Positions 30,624 to 40,950 are shown, counted from the stretch's first letter. The stretch is DNA of 64,000 bases from an uncultured delta proteobacterium (GCA_963753975.1 CAVWEH010000005.1:192001-256000), one strand, 5' to 3'. Notes: generated by a model from the letters alone, not told the origin. Program-made: numbers and translations.

Positions 30624-31703
30624 ATGTCAGAACAAAAAGGAATTTTTTCGAGATCTAAGAAACTGGTCGGCCTAGACATCGGTTCCAGTTCTCTAAAATT
30701 GGCCGAAGTCCTCAGCACGTCTAATGGTTATGTACTAAATCGCTTCTTAGAGCTTCCGTTGCCTAAAGGGATAATTATTGAAGGTGTTTTAAGCGATCCG
30801 AGAGCACTGTCCTTGAAGATCAAGGAACTCTTTTGGAATTCAGGCTGCAGAGGGAAAGGAATAGTTACTTCTCTTTCCGGGAATTCCGTAATTGTAAAGA
30901 AGGTAACATTTGCCCAAATGGATGAAGCAGAATTGCGTGATTTAATCCGTGATGAAGCAGGCAAATACCTGCCCTTCGATAATATGGACGATGTTAATTA
31001 CGATTTCCAAATTTTGGGTGATAACGAATATAATCCCAATCAAATGGATGTTATTATCGTGGCCGCTAAAAAAGATATGGTTAACAATTATCTGGATGCA
31101 GTTACGGCCGCCGGTCTCAACGTTGCAATTATGGATGTAGATTCTTTTGCTCTGGAAACTATGTACGAGGCCAATTATGAATTCGAAGATAATGAAATTG
31201 TTGTTATTGTTCGTATCGGCGCAAGTCTCACCAATATTAATGTTATCAAAGGCGGCATGTCGATATTCACAAGAGATTTCACTCTGGGCGGTAACTCCAT
31301 CACCGAAGGCTTACAGGAAAAATACGGTGTAACTTTTGAGGAAGCGGAAAAAATAAAAGTCGAAGGACTTCCCGGCAATGAACAGGAGGTTTTGGATTTA
31401 AGAAACAGTATCCTAGATTTTGCCGAGCCCATTTGTTCCGAAATTGAAAGATCTATTGATTACTTTCGTTCGACTTTTGGCGGCGAATACATTAAACGTG
31501 TTTTTCTTTCCGGCGGATCGGCCAGAATTCTCGGATTGGCGGCACATTTATCGCAAAAGTTGAATGTCGACACGGACTTGATCAATCCGTTTTTAAAAAT
31601 TGGCTATAACAAAAGAAATATTGATTCCAAAACACTGGAAAACATCAAACCAATCGCGGCAGTTGCAATAGGATTGGGCCTGAGGACAATAGGCGACAAA
31701 TGA
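30624..31703 (+). CDS. pilM: Type IV pilus assembly protein PilM
   Basis: GLDIGSSSLK, actin-like fold, LSGGSA, AIGLGLR. Confidence 0.95.
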   Translation: MSEQKGIFSRSKKLVGLDIGSSSLKLAEVLSTSNGYVLNRFLELPLPKGIIIEGVLSDPRALSLKIKELFWNSGCRGKGIVTSLSGNSVIVKKVTFAQMDEAELRDLIRDEAGKYLPFDNMDDVNYDFQILGDNEYNPNQMDVIIVAAKKDMVNNYLDAVTAAGLNVAIMDVDSFALETMYEANYEFEDNEIVVIVRIGASLTNINVIKGGMSIFTRDFTLGGNSITEGLQEKYGVTFEEAEKIKVEGLPGNEQEVLDLRNSILDFAEPICSEIERSIDYFRSTFGGEYIKRVFLSGGSARILGLAAHLSQKLNVDTDLINPFLKIGYNKRNIDSKTLENIKPIAAVAIGLGLRTIGDK

Positions 31704-32248
31704 TTAAAATCAATCTGTTACCCTATCACGAAAAGGAAAAGAAGGAAAATCTTGTTCGGCAAGTGTTCATTATTATAGGCTCGTTTGTTTTATTTATTCT
31801 TTGTCTGGCTTGGCTGCAACTTTGGCTGAACTCTTTAGTTAATGACTTGCAGGCCCAGGAAAAAGACTCGAAAGGCACTCTTGTCGATTTAAATAAAAAA
31901 ATAGGCGACTTGGAAAAATTCAAAAACGATAAAAGTGATTTGGAACAGAAACTAAATGTAATTAAAACATTAGAGGAAAATCGTTTAGCTCCCATAAAGA
32001 CCCTGGATGACCTGGCCGCGCTGGTTCCGTTAAATAATATTTGGCTGGTCAAAATAACCCAAAAAAACAACAATCTAACAATCGAAGGAACTGGAAAGGA
32101 CAATATAGCCGTAGCCGATTTTATGAAAACTATTGAAAAATTTGATCCGATAAAATCGGTGGATTTGATATCTTCAAAAAAGACGGAGATTTCCGGTATG
32201 ACCTTTCAGCAGTTTATTTTTTCATGTGTCATGAAAAAGGGATTTTAG
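31700..32248 (+). CDS. pilN: Type IV pilus assembly protein PilN
   Basis: MIKINLLP motif plus TM helix. Confidence 0.93.
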   Translation: MIKINLLPYHEKEKKENLVRQVFIIIGSFVLFILCLAWLQLWLNSLVNDLQAQEKDSKGTLVDLNKKIGDLEKFKNDKSDLEQKLNVIKTLEENRLAPIKTLDDLAALVPLNNIWLVKITQKNNNLTIEGTGKDNIAVADFMKTIEKFDPIKSVDLISSKKTEISGMTFQQFIFSCVMKKGF

Positions 32249-32251
32249 CAC

Positions 32252-32992
32252 ATGGCCATTACATTTAATGACATAAAAAAGATGTCTCCTCAGGCTAAGG
32301 CATTGGCCATAATTTTGATTTTTTTTATTATTGGTTATTTATACTACTTTCTTTTTTTTGGTGACACATTGTCTAAGAAAACTTCTCTCGATAAGAAATT
32401 AGAAGAAATGCAACTGCAAATTAAAGAAAAAGAAAAAATTGCTTTACAGCTTAATAAGTATATCGCTGATGTTGCAGCATTAAAAGAAGACTATAAGGTT
32501 GCTTTACAAAAACTTCCCGACCAGCGGGAAATCCCCGGCCTTTTTCATTCTGTTGCGCTGTCAGGTAAAGAAGCAGGCATTGAGTTTTTATTATTTGAAC
32601 CGAAAGCTGCTGTACCGAAGCCGATTGATAAAACGCCCCCCGAAGAGTCAAAAGCTGCGTCATTATTTAAGCCCTCCGATCAAAAGCAAGCTGAACAGAA
32701 ACCGGCAGCTGGCGCCACTAAACCTGCAAGCAGTAAGAAAGCTCCCGCACCTGAACCTGAACCTTTTTATGAAGAAATCCCTGTGGGAGTAACGGTAATA
32801 GGTACCTTTCAGAATATTGTTTACTTTTTTGAAAAAGTAGCCAAATTGCCGCGCATTATCAACATTTCCAACATTACCATGGGCGATAGAAAGAATGTAA
32901 AAGGACGGGGATATCTTATCACAGCATCTTGTACGATCAAAACGTACATGTTTGTCGATAAAAAAGAAAAAAGTAGCGAAAAAACAAAATGA
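32252..32992 (+). CDS. pilO: Type IV pilus assembly protein PilO with a Pro/Ala/Lys-rich insert
   Basis: LPDQREIPGL, FYEEIPV, KLPRIINI. Confidence 0.92.
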   Translation: MAITFNDIKKMSPQAKALAIILIFFIIGYLYYFLFFGDTLSKKTSLDKKLEEMQLQIKEKEKIALQLNKYIADVAALKEDYKVALQKLPDQREIPGLFHSVALSGKEAGIEFLLFEPKAAVPKPIDKTPPEESKAASLFKPSDQKQAEQKPAAGATKPASSKKAPAPEPEPFYEEIPVGVTVIGTFQNIVYFFEKVAKLPRIINISNITMGDRKNVKGRGYLITASCTIKTYMFVDKKEKSSEKTK

Positions 32993-33513
32993 AAAAAAGA
33001 CTCATAATTTCCAATATTGTCATATGTATTTTCATTGTAGCCGCGCATGCTTTTGCTGCTGAGGACAAAAATATATTAAATGCGATCTCTCCCGCATCAA
33101 CAGTATCCGTTGCGCCACAACCGCAAATTCAGCAGCCACCGCCAGTTGCGCAAGCTCCGGACAATACTTACAGTTATAATCCATTAGGCAAGCCAGATCC
33201 CTTCCGGCCTTTTGTTGAAGTTGAAGTAGAGGTCGCTGTAAAAAAGAAAGGTGAGAAAACGGAAGTGGCTTCTATTTTCCCCTTACAAAGGATTAGCGCC
33301 GAACAATTCAGAGTAGTGGGAATTGCCGGTGATAACATACGCCGCGTGGCTGTTGTGGAGGATGCAACAAAAAAGTTCTACCCTTTATTTGCCGGAACAC
33401 ACATTGGTTTACATAATGGTAAAGTAATCGAAATCATGGCCGATCGTGTCATCGTGGAAGAATATGCATCAAAAAATGCAAAAAGAATTATTTTAAAACT
33501 GCGCAAGAAATAA
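32989..33513 (+). CDS. pilP: Type IV pilus assembly protein PilP
   Basis: Y.P.GKPDPFRP, G..IG...GKV; position in the pil cluster. Confidence 0.88.
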   Translation: MKKRLIISNIVICIFIVAAHAFAAEDKNILNAISPASTVSVAPQPQIQQPPPVAQAPDNTYSYNPLGKPDPFRPFVEVEVEVAVKKKGEKTEVASIFPLQRISAEQFRVVGIAGDNIRRVAVVEDATKKFYPLFAGTHIGLHNGKVIEIMADRVIVEEYASKNAKRIILKLRKK

Positions 33514-33526
33514 AAGAGGTAAAATC

Positions 33527-35326
33527 ATGAAAAAGTATTTATCTAAAATTTTTCTCCTTCTCATAATTATTCTTTGGGTTTTCACATATATTTCCGACGC
33601 TTCTTTAGCTGCGGAAACAGCAGATAAAAATCAAACAACTGACGATAAAGCGGCGGCTACAACTGCCAAAGTCGGGTATTTGGAAAATGTTTTATTGGAA
33701 AAGTTGTCTGGTAAAGAAAGGATTAATCTTATTGTATCCCAACAACCAGTTATTAATATAGAAACTGAGGCCAATGGCGGTTTACTGATTAAGCTGGAAA
33801 ATATGGTTGCGCCCGAAAATATGCGCCATCAGTTCGGAGAAGGAGAACTGAATAATATTTTAGGCGTTACGCCCTCGCAACAATTAGTAGACGACAAACA
33901 ATGGATATATTTGTTTGTTAATATAAAAGAGATTGTTCCTTATTCCATAAAACAAGAAGGGCAAAACGTATTGATTGATTTTAACGTCTCCACTTTGCCG
34001 GAGAAAAAAATACCGGTCGCGCCGATAGTAATGGAAAAGAAAAAAATTGTGGCACAAGCTGCTCCGACTGTTGCGGAAACTACAAAAAAAACTAATGATG
34101 TTGCAGAAAGTGAGGAAGCCAAAGTAAAGCCGGTTAAAAGGGAAGCGGTAAAAAGATATACGGATCGAATGATATCTATTGACTTTCAAGACGCGGACAT
34201 AAAGAGTGTTTTTCGTCTGATGGCTGAATATGGCAATATCAGTATAGTTTCCAGCGACGATGTAAAAGGTAATGTAACCTTATCCATGAAGAATGTTCCC
34301 TGGGAGCAAGCTCTGGATACAATACTGGACGTAAACGGACTGGCCAAAAAACAAATGGGTGATGTCATCAGCGTGATAACGTTGGAAAGAAAGAAAAAAG
34401 ATGAAGCCGATAAAGTAAAAGCAGAAGAAGATCAACGTAAAGCCGAAGATGTGCGTAACGCAAGAGAGACAAAGCTTTTAGCAGACAAGGGGCTGTTACG
34501 GCAAATACTCATTGAAGCCAAAATCGTTGAAGCAACTCAAGAATTTATCAGAAATATCGGTGTGACATGGGGATTTTCAGGGGCGCAATCAATTGGTTCT
34601 TACGGTTCGCGGATTGCTGGCGGCACAAGTTCACTACAAACTAATGCCTTGCGTTCACCATATCCATCGGAAGTTACGGCGACGGACACTTCCGGCAATC
34701 CTTTATTTATGTCCGCGGTCAATATGCCCGCGGCGGCGGCATCACCTACTCTTGGTGTGGTCTTTGGTGCGGGGTCGGCTTTTCTCGAAGCTCAGATTGC
34801 TGCCTTAGAAAGCACCAACACGGGGAAGCTTATTTCTGCTCCGAAAGTGGTGACTATGGATAACGTTAAGGCCATTATCAAGCAAGGAGCTGAAGTCCCT
34901 TATGTAACTCCTGCATCGGGTACATCACCGGCAACTGTTACTTTTAAAGAAGCTGTGTTAAAGTTAGAGGTGAAGCCAAAAATAACTGAAGAAGGAAAAA
35001 TTTCAATGGAAATCCTGGCTTCCAATGATGTGCCTGATTATACCAAAGCAACCATTCTTCAAGGCAATCCACCCATAAACAAAAATGATGTAGAAGCAAC
35101 CGTTGTTGTTCAAGATGGAGACACTGTTGTTATTGGTGGTGTTTCAACATCGAATGAACAGAAACTTGTAACAGGTGTCCCCTGGTTTCAGAAAATTCCA
35201 ATTCTTGGTTGGTTATTCAAAACTGAAAATATTGACGATAAAAGCGATCAGCTTTTAATTTTCGTAACGCCAAAAATATTAAAAGGATCAGGCCTTATAG
35301 ACAGTGCCGGCAAAGTCACCAATTAA
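33527..35326 (+). CDS. pilQ: Type IV pilus secretin PilQ
   Basis: ISIDFQDADI, VPWEQALD, QILIEAKIVE, VPWFQKIPILGWLF, LLIFVTPKI. Confidence 0.93.
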   Translation: MKKYLSKIFLLLIIILWVFTYISDASLAAETADKNQTTDDKAAATTAKVGYLENVLLEKLSGKERINLIVSQQPVINIETEANGGLLIKLENMVAPENMRHQFGEGELNNILGVTPSQQLVDDKQWIYLFVNIKEIVPYSIKQEGQNVLIDFNVSTLPEKKIPVAPIVMEKKKIVAQAAPTVAETTKKTNDVAESEEAKVKPVKREAVKRYTDRMISIDFQDADIKSVFRLMAEYGNISIVSSDDVKGNVTLSMKNVPWEQALDTILDVNGLAKKQMGDVISVITLERKKKDEADKVKAEEDQRKAEDVRNARETKLLADKGLLRQILIEAKIVEATQEFIRNIGVTWGFSGAQSIGSYGSRIAGGTSSLQTNALRSPYPSEVTATDTSGNPLFMSAVNMPAAAASPTLGVVFGAGSAFLEAQIAALESTNTGKLISAPKVVTMDNVKAIIKQGAEVPYVTPASGTSPATVTFKEAVLKLEVKPKITEEGKISMEILASNDVPDYTKATILQGNPPINKNDVEATVVVQDGDTVVIGGVSTSNEQKLVTGVPWFQKIPILGWLFKTENIDDKSDQLLIFVTPKILKGSGLIDSAGKVTN

Positions 35327-35423
35327 GATTATCTGTTGTTTAAAAAGCATTTAATGATAGGACTTTAATTTTTTGCATATTTAATATTTGTTTTTGATCA
35401 AAATTTTTGTACGGGTGGTATTG

Positions 35424-36191
35424 ATGAAATCTTATATAAACAGAATACAATTGATCGTTTTTTTATGCATATTATTATTAATTGTGGCTTGCACAAACAC
35501 TCCCTGGCATAAGCAACAGGCGGAACTATTTCTAAATAAAGGCATATATTTGATTGAGTTAAAGCAATATAACAACGCCTTAAAAGAATTGCTGGAAGCG
35601 GAAAAATACAATTCCAGTGATCACAGAATTCATTATTATATGGGCATGTGTTACCACATGAAGGATATGAAAGAAAAGGCCAAAGAAGAATTTCAAAAGG
35701 CAATTTCTCTAAAGGATAACTATTCGGAAGCGCATAATTACCTGGGTACGCTTTATTCAGACGAAGGGCTTTGGGATAAAGCAATCGAGGAATTCGATAA
35801 AGCTCTTGTCAACCCCTTGTACGACACACCGGCAGTGCCCCTTTATAATGCCGGTTGGGCATATTATTCAAAAAGAGATTATGCCAAAGCCCTGTCTTCT
35901 TATCGCCAAGCCCTTCAGAGAGAACCCCTGACGATGTTACGGCCGCAAATCGAAAAAAATATCGGCCTTATTTATTTTGATCAGTCCAACATTCCCGATG
36001 CTATGCAATATTTCAAAAAATCAATTGAATTAAATCCCAATCTTTATGATACGCAATTTTTGCTGGGCGAGTGTTACCTAAAAACTAAAGACAAAGTAAA
36101 TGCCAAAAAGGCTTTTCAGGCGGTTATTAAATTGGCGCCCCAATCTGCTTTTGGGCAAAAAGCTAAAACTTATTTACAGTCCCTGAAATAA
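35424..36191 (+). CDS. TPR lipoprotein, PilF/PilW/Tgl pilotin-like
   Basis: Lipobox IVAC, TPRs, A.VNPLYDTP; directly after pilQ. Confidence 0.75.
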   Translation: MKSYINRIQLIVFLCILLLIVACTNTPWHKQQAELFLNKGIYLIELKQYNNALKELLEAEKYNSSDHRIHYYMGMCYHMKDMKEKAKEEFQKAISLKDNYSEAHNYLGTLYSDEGLWDKAIEEFDKALVNPLYDTPAVPLYNAGWAYYSKRDYAKALSSYRQALQREPLTMLRPQIEKNIGLIYFDQSNIPDAMQYFKKSIELNPNLYDTQFLLGECYLKTKDKVNAKKAFQAVIKLAPQSAFGQKAKTYLQSLK

Positions 36192-36296
36192 TCCGGCAGA
36201 ATACCATCAATCACTTTACAACCTTGACACGCGCTAGCTGCTTATGTTAGGTAGCACATAATTAGCCCTTTGTATTTAGTTATTTAGTTCATAAAT

Positions 36297-36989
36297 ATGG
36301 AAAATAATGAATCTGAAAAAGATCGCGTAAATTTTCTTTCCGCAGCAGAAATTCTTCTGCAACAAAATAAATTGTCCGAAGCTCTCACCCTTGCCGAAGA
36401 GCGGCTTGCGCGCCTTCCTTTAGACGTTGATGCCCGTGTTATTACCGGCAATGTTTTCATCGGCATGGGAAGACTTGATGAAGCCAGAGATGTTTTGCGG
36501 GAAGTTGAGGAAATTATTTCCGGTTTATCTCTAATTTATGTCCGGATGGGCGATATCTATGCGGAAAAAGGTTTTTATAGAGACGCGGTTATTTACTATC
36601 AAAAGTATATTTCTTCAAATCCAACTTCCGATAAGGTAAAAGAAGTAGCTGGGAAGATAGCCCTTCTGGAACAAGAAGAGCCCCTGATTACGGATATGGA
36701 CTCGGCGGATGACGAAAATACCTCCAAGCCGGAATTCTACACAGTTACTTTAGCGGACCTCTATATAAAGCAGGGTCATTTTAAAATGGCCGCGGAAGTT
36801 CTCGAAAAAATTCTGGAAAAGGAACCGGAAAATGTTCTAGCCAGGGTAAAACTGGATACCGTAACAACGGCGATAGCCTTAAAATCTTCGGTAAACGTGG
36901 ATATTATTAAGTCCGATAATCTAGCTAAAACGCTGTCCTGCTGGCTGGAAAACATCAACAGGTTAAAGAAGCATGCAGCAGAAAAATAA
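36297..36989 (+). CDS. TPR protein
   Basis: TPR-like helices, TVTLADLYIKQGH. Confidence 0.75.
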   Translation: MENNESEKDRVNFLSAAEILLQQNKLSEALTLAEERLARLPLDVDARVITGNVFIGMGRLDEARDVLREVEEIISGLSLIYVRMGDIYAEKGFYRDAVIYYQKYISSNPTSDKVKEVAGKIALLEQEEPLITDMDSADDENTSKPEFYTVTLADLYIKQGHFKMAAEVLEKILEKEPENVLARVKLDTVTTAIALKSSVNVDIIKSDNLAKTLSCWLENINRLKKHAAEK

Positions 36990-38058
36990 AATTTTCCCAA
37001 CCCGGGTTTCCCTCCTTCGCCGTAAGTTTCCCGATTACAAAGCCGACAGTATAATTTTTTTTGATATGAATAATATCCGTTATTTTTCCAATTTTACGGG
37101 CAGTGACGGTGTTCTTATAATTAACTCCGGCGCGGCAATCTTACTCGTTGACGGCCGCTATACCGCTCAAGCCGCCTTGGAAGTAGTGGATATGCAAATA
37201 ATCGAATATAAGGATAAAATTGAAGGAATTACTCAAACAATAAAAGATTACAATTTAAAAAAAATCGGCTTCGAGGCGGACTTTATAACTTTTGCAATGT
37301 ATAACAAGTTAGCCCAATGCCTGCCCAACGAGGTGTTTGTCCCTTTAGCTGACGAGTTGAGATTAATCAGAGCGCGCAAAGATGAAACAGAAATAGCACT
37401 AATGAAAAAAGCCGCGAAAATTTCTTCATCTGCTATTCTTTCCCTTATTGCCCAAATCAAACCCGGCTGCACAGAAAAAGAATTAGCTCTGCAATTGGAG
37501 CTTAATGCGCTAAAATCCGGGGCCGATCAACTTGCTTTTGAAGCGATTGTAGCTACGGGAGCAAACTCTGCTCTTCCCCATGCCCGGCCGACTAACAAAA
37601 AAATTAAAAAGGGAAGTTTGATCGTCATTGATTTTGGCGTAAAGTACAAAGGATATTGTTCCGACGAAACCTGTACTGTTGCTTTTGGGGAATTGACAGA
37701 TAAGCAAAAGAATGCTTATCAAGCAGTCCGGAATGCTCACGATCAAGTCATATCCATTATTAAAGCAAACATTTCCGCAAATGATGTTGATAGTTGTGCG
37801 CGAGACGCTTTGGGAGAAAAATACCGCCGGTACTTTGTACATGGAACAGGGCACGGCATAGGTTTGGAAGTTCATGAAGCGCCGCGTCTGGCATCAAATT
37901 CCAGGGATATTTTGGAGGCGCAAATGACAGTTACAGTAGAGCCGGGGCTATATTTTCCCGGGTTCTGGGGCATCAGAATCGAGGATACGGTTCTGGTGAA
38001 AGAAAATGGTTGCGAAAAGCTTACAAAAATGGATAAAGAGCTCGTCATCATAGAATAA
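36973..38058 (+). CDS. Xaa-Pro peptidase (M24 family)
   Basis: DFG..Y.SD.T, HGTGHGIGLEVHE, VEPG, GIRIED. Confidence 0.93.
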   Translation: MQQKNKIFPTRVSLLRRKFPDYKADSIIFFDMNNIRYFSNFTGSDGVLIINSGAAILLVDGRYTAQAALEVVDMQIIEYKDKIEGITQTIKDYNLKKIGFEADFITFAMYNKLAQCLPNEVFVPLADELRLIRARKDETEIALMKKAAKISSSAILSLIAQIKPGCTEKELALQLELNALKSGADQLAFEAIVATGANSALPHARPTNKKIKKGSLIVIDFGVKYKGYCSDETCTVAFGELTDKQKNAYQAVRNAHDQVISIIKANISANDVDSCARDALGEKYRRYFVHGTGHGIGLEVHEAPRLASNSRDILEAQMTVTVEPGLYFPGFWGIRIEDTVLVKENGCEKLTKMDKELVIIE

Positions 38059-38077
38059 ATGCAGGGGTTATGTAGTT

Positions 38078-38476
38078 ATGAAAGTTTTTCCGGAAGATCT
38101 GCTATATAGTCGCGAGCACATATGGGTGCGGGTTGACGGGAATATGGCCACTATCGGGGTTACTGATTATGCTCAAGAAAGTCTAGGGGAAATTCTATCG
38201 GTTGAATTTACAGAAATTGATACTTATGTAGAACGTGACGAAACATTTGGTTCCATCGAATCCACTAAAACGGTGGTGGATTTAATCTCTCCCGTTAGCG
38301 GGACTGTGGTAAATATTAATGAAGATATTAACGACGATATAGGCATAATAAACAGTGACCCTCATGATATGGGGTGGTTGGTTGTTATGGAAATGGACGA
38401 CCCGGAACAATTAGAAGACCTCCTCGTTGCCACTGCTTATCATGATTTTATAATGCAGGAAGAGGAAAGCGATTAA
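38078..38476 (+). CDS. gcvH: Glycine cleavage H protein (lipoyl carrier)
   Basis: YSREHIWV, IGVTDYAQ, ESTK with lipoyl Lys, INSDP..GW. Confidence 0.93.
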   Translation: MKVFPEDLLYSREHIWVRVDGNMATIGVTDYAQESLGEILSVEFTEIDTYVERDETFGSIESTKTVVDLISPVSGTVVNINEDINDDIGIINSDPHDMGWLVVMEMDDPEQLEDLLVATAYHDFIMQEEESD

Positions 38477-38558
38477 TGAAACTCAAATTTCAAAAGCCAA
38501 GCGCTGCGGGATATCTTGCGTCAGATACGCCACTCTTTGCAGCAGGAAGGATCACTTT

Positions 38559-39395
38559 ATGGTCTGGAGGTTGTTGAATTTCCAAATTCACGACATCTTC
38601 GAAAACATGGCCATAGATGAGTCCCTTTTTCAGGAAACTATAAAAAATAAAAAACCACCGACGATTAGATTTTATAGTTCTTATCCGGCGGCAATTTCTA
38701 TTGGTTATTTTCAGGACATAAAAAAAGAAGTTAATGTCGAAAAATGTCGAAAAGCCGGAGTTGATGTTGTCCGAAGGATAACGGGGGGCAAAGCTGTTTT
38801 TCACTCTCACGAAATTACTTACTGTGTCGTAGCCGGAGATACGGAAAGAACATTCCCTCCTGATATTGCCGGAGCATATAAGATAATCAGCCGATGTATT
38901 GCCCGAGGCCTTTCTTATTTGGGGATAGGTGCGGATCTCGCTCACGGCAGCCGAAAAGCTACGGGAGAGGAACTTAAGTCCTGCTGTTTTTCCGTTCCTG
39001 CTGAAAGCGAATTATTGGTTCACGGGCGTAAGATTTGCGGCAGCGCTCAAGTGAGGAAAAAAGGCGGATTCCTACAGCATGGTTCATTGCTGTTGGCTTT
39101 TGATCCGCAAAAAACAGCCTCTTTACTGCTGCCTGCGCGGACCCCGGAACAATTAGAAAAGCTAAAAAAAGCGGTGACGGCAATCAACGAAGAGCTTATT
39201 TCGCCGGTCGATGTTCAGGATGTTTGTTTACAATTGAAAAAGGGCTTTACCGATGAACTGGGTATAGAATTGGCCGCAGAGACGGCGACGGCGACGGAAA
39301 ATAAATTGACACGGGAATTGAAAAAAAAATATAACGATGCGCGTTGGAATATGAAAGAAAGAATGCCTTATAAAGAAGGCTGTTTATCACTATGA
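38559..39395 (+). CDS. Lipoate-protein ligase/octanoyltransferase (LplA/LipM-like)
   Basis: NMAIDE, VRRITGGKAVFH, CF, GRKICGSAQ, LQHGS. Confidence 0.9.
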   Translation: MVWRLLNFQIHDIFENMAIDESLFQETIKNKKPPTIRFYSSYPAAISIGYFQDIKKEVNVEKCRKAGVDVVRRITGGKAVFHSHEITYCVVAGDTERTFPPDIAGAYKIISRCIARGLSYLGIGADLAHGSRKATGEELKSCCFSVPAESELLVHGRKICGSAQVRKKGGFLQHGSLLLAFDPQKTASLLLPARTPEQLEKLKKAVTAINEELISPVDVQDVCLQLKKGFTDELGIELAAETATATENKLTRELKKKYNDARWNMKERMPYKEGCLSL

Positions 39396-40462
39396 TTTTT
39401 CGCGACATTATCAACAAAAAAATATTCAAGCAAAGCGCCTATACAGCGCCGGAACAGACGGACGCCATAAAAATGGACGCCAACGAAAATCCTTTTGTGA
39501 TCCAGGAACCTTTGAAGAAAAAGCTTTGGGAAGAGATGAGCAAAGTAAATCTGAATCGCTATCCGGAAGCCGGAGCCCCTAAATTGCGGGATAGATTTGC
39601 TGCCTATTACGGCGTGAAAAAGGATATGATTATGCTGGGCAACGGCTCGGACGAACTGATTCAAACGCTTTGTATGACGCTTAAAGGGAAAGTAAACGGC
39701 GTGCTTATTCCCACTCCTACTTTTGCCATGTACAAAATAATCGCGGTCAATACCGGCAATAAAATACAGGAAGTTCGCCTGAATGAGGACTTCGATCTCG
39801 ATATCGATACAATGCTCGGTAAAATTAAAACGACTTTCCCTTCCCTGATATTTTTAAGTTACCCCAATAGTCCTACCGGCAATCTTTTTAGCCGGGCTAA
39901 AATAGAAACCCTTATTAAAAAAACTCCCGGAGTTGTCGTCATCGACGAAGCTTATGCCGTTTTTTCCGGGCAGACCTTGCTGCCGCTTTTGAAAAAATAC
40001 GATAATTTGATTTTTTTGAAGACGCTTTCCAAGTTGGGATTGGCCTCGATGCGCCTCGGCTTCTTAATCGCCAACAAGGATATTATCGCTCAATTGGATA
40101 AAGTAAGATTGCCTTATAATGTTAATTGTTTATCGCAAATAGCGGCTAATTTTTTTCTGGACAATCAGGATGAATTCGCGAGGCAAGTTCCTCGAATAAT
40201 CAAAAGTCGCGAAGAACTTTATTCCCGCTTGAAAGAAATCGCCGGGATTAGGCCCTACCCATCGTCGGCGAATTTTATTTTTTTTAGTTGCGCTTTTGAT
40301 GCGGATCGCCTATATAATAAATTGGTAATGGATGGTATTATCATTAAGAATTTAAATACCAAACTGACACGAAACTGCATGAGGGTTACAGTAGGAAATC
40401 CTGAAGAAAATAAGGCTTTTTTAAAGTCTTTAAAAAGCGCTGTTTTTGAGTTAGGAGCGTGA
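39392..40462 (+). CDS. hisC: Histidinol-phosphate aminotransferase
   Basis: DANENP, GNGSDE, PNSPTG, DEAY, TLSK.GLA..RLG. Confidence 0.95.
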   Translation: MIFRDIINKKIFKQSAYTAPEQTDAIKMDANENPFVIQEPLKKKLWEEMSKVNLNRYPEAGAPKLRDRFAAYYGVKKDMIMLGNGSDELIQTLCMTLKGKVNGVLIPTPTFAMYKIIAVNTGNKIQEVRLNEDFDLDIDTMLGKIKTTFPSLIFLSYPNSPTGNLFSRAKIETLIKKTPGVVVIDEAYAVFSGQTLLPLLKKYDNLIFLKTLSKLGLASMRLGFLIANKDIIAQLDKVRLPYNVNCLSQIAANFFLDNQDEFARQVPRIIKSREELYSRLKEIAGIRPYPSSANFIFFSCAFDADRLYNKLVMDGIIIKNLNTKLTRNCMRVTVGNPEENKAFLKSLKSAVFELGA

Positions 40463-40484
40463 TTTAAAATTAATTGCAAATTGT

Positions 40485-40538
40485 GAGGGTAGTTTACGGC
40501 ACGATAATTATTGGACTTTGCCGTACTGCCCTTTTTTT
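40485..40538 (+). terminator. Probable intrinsic terminator after hisC
   Basis: GGGTAG..TACGGCA / TGCCGTA.CTGCCC stem followed by T7. Confidence 0.5.
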
Positions 40539-40539
40539 G

Positions 40540-40621
40540 TTAATGAGACTCCAATATGACAAGTGAAGCGCAGTCAGATTGGTTAGCCGAATTAATCCCA
40601 CGCGCGAAGCTTAGCGGGGGT
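40540..40621 (-). repeat. Hairpin element copy between hisC and rpsU
   Basis: TTAAT-GA-GACT-CCAATATGAC-loop-GTCAGATTGG-TT-AGCC-GA-ATTAA, then an ATCCC..GCGAAGC..GGGGT hairpin. Confidence 0.85.
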
Positions 40622-40681
40622 GATAATATCCATGATTTCCGAAAACAAAAAATAAACAATTAAGATTAAGGAGGAATTAAC

Positions 40682-40873
40682 TTGGAAGTAAAGGTAATTG
40701 ACAATGATGTGGAAAAAGCTTTAAAAATATTGAAAAATAAGCTCTCGAAAAGCGGCCTGTTTAAAGAATTGAAAGTCCGCCGCGCTTATGAAAAGCCTTC
40801 CGTAAAGAAAAAGAGGAAAACAATTGAGGCGCGCCGGAGACTCGCGAAGGTTCAAAGACGCCGCAGTAATTAG
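40682..40873 (+). CDS. rpsU: 30S ribosomal protein S21 (TTG start)
   Basis: VEKALK..K, YEKPSVKKKRK; GGAGG RBS. Confidence 0.93.
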   Translation: MEVKVIDNDVEKALKILKNKLSKSGLFKELKVRRAYEKPSVKKKRKTIEARRRLAKVQRRRSN

Positions 40874-40950
40874 AAGCCGGCACGCCAGTGCCGAAGGAAA
40901 GTTTTTTATTGCCTAATCTACATATTGCAGCGGGGGAATAATATTGTCAC

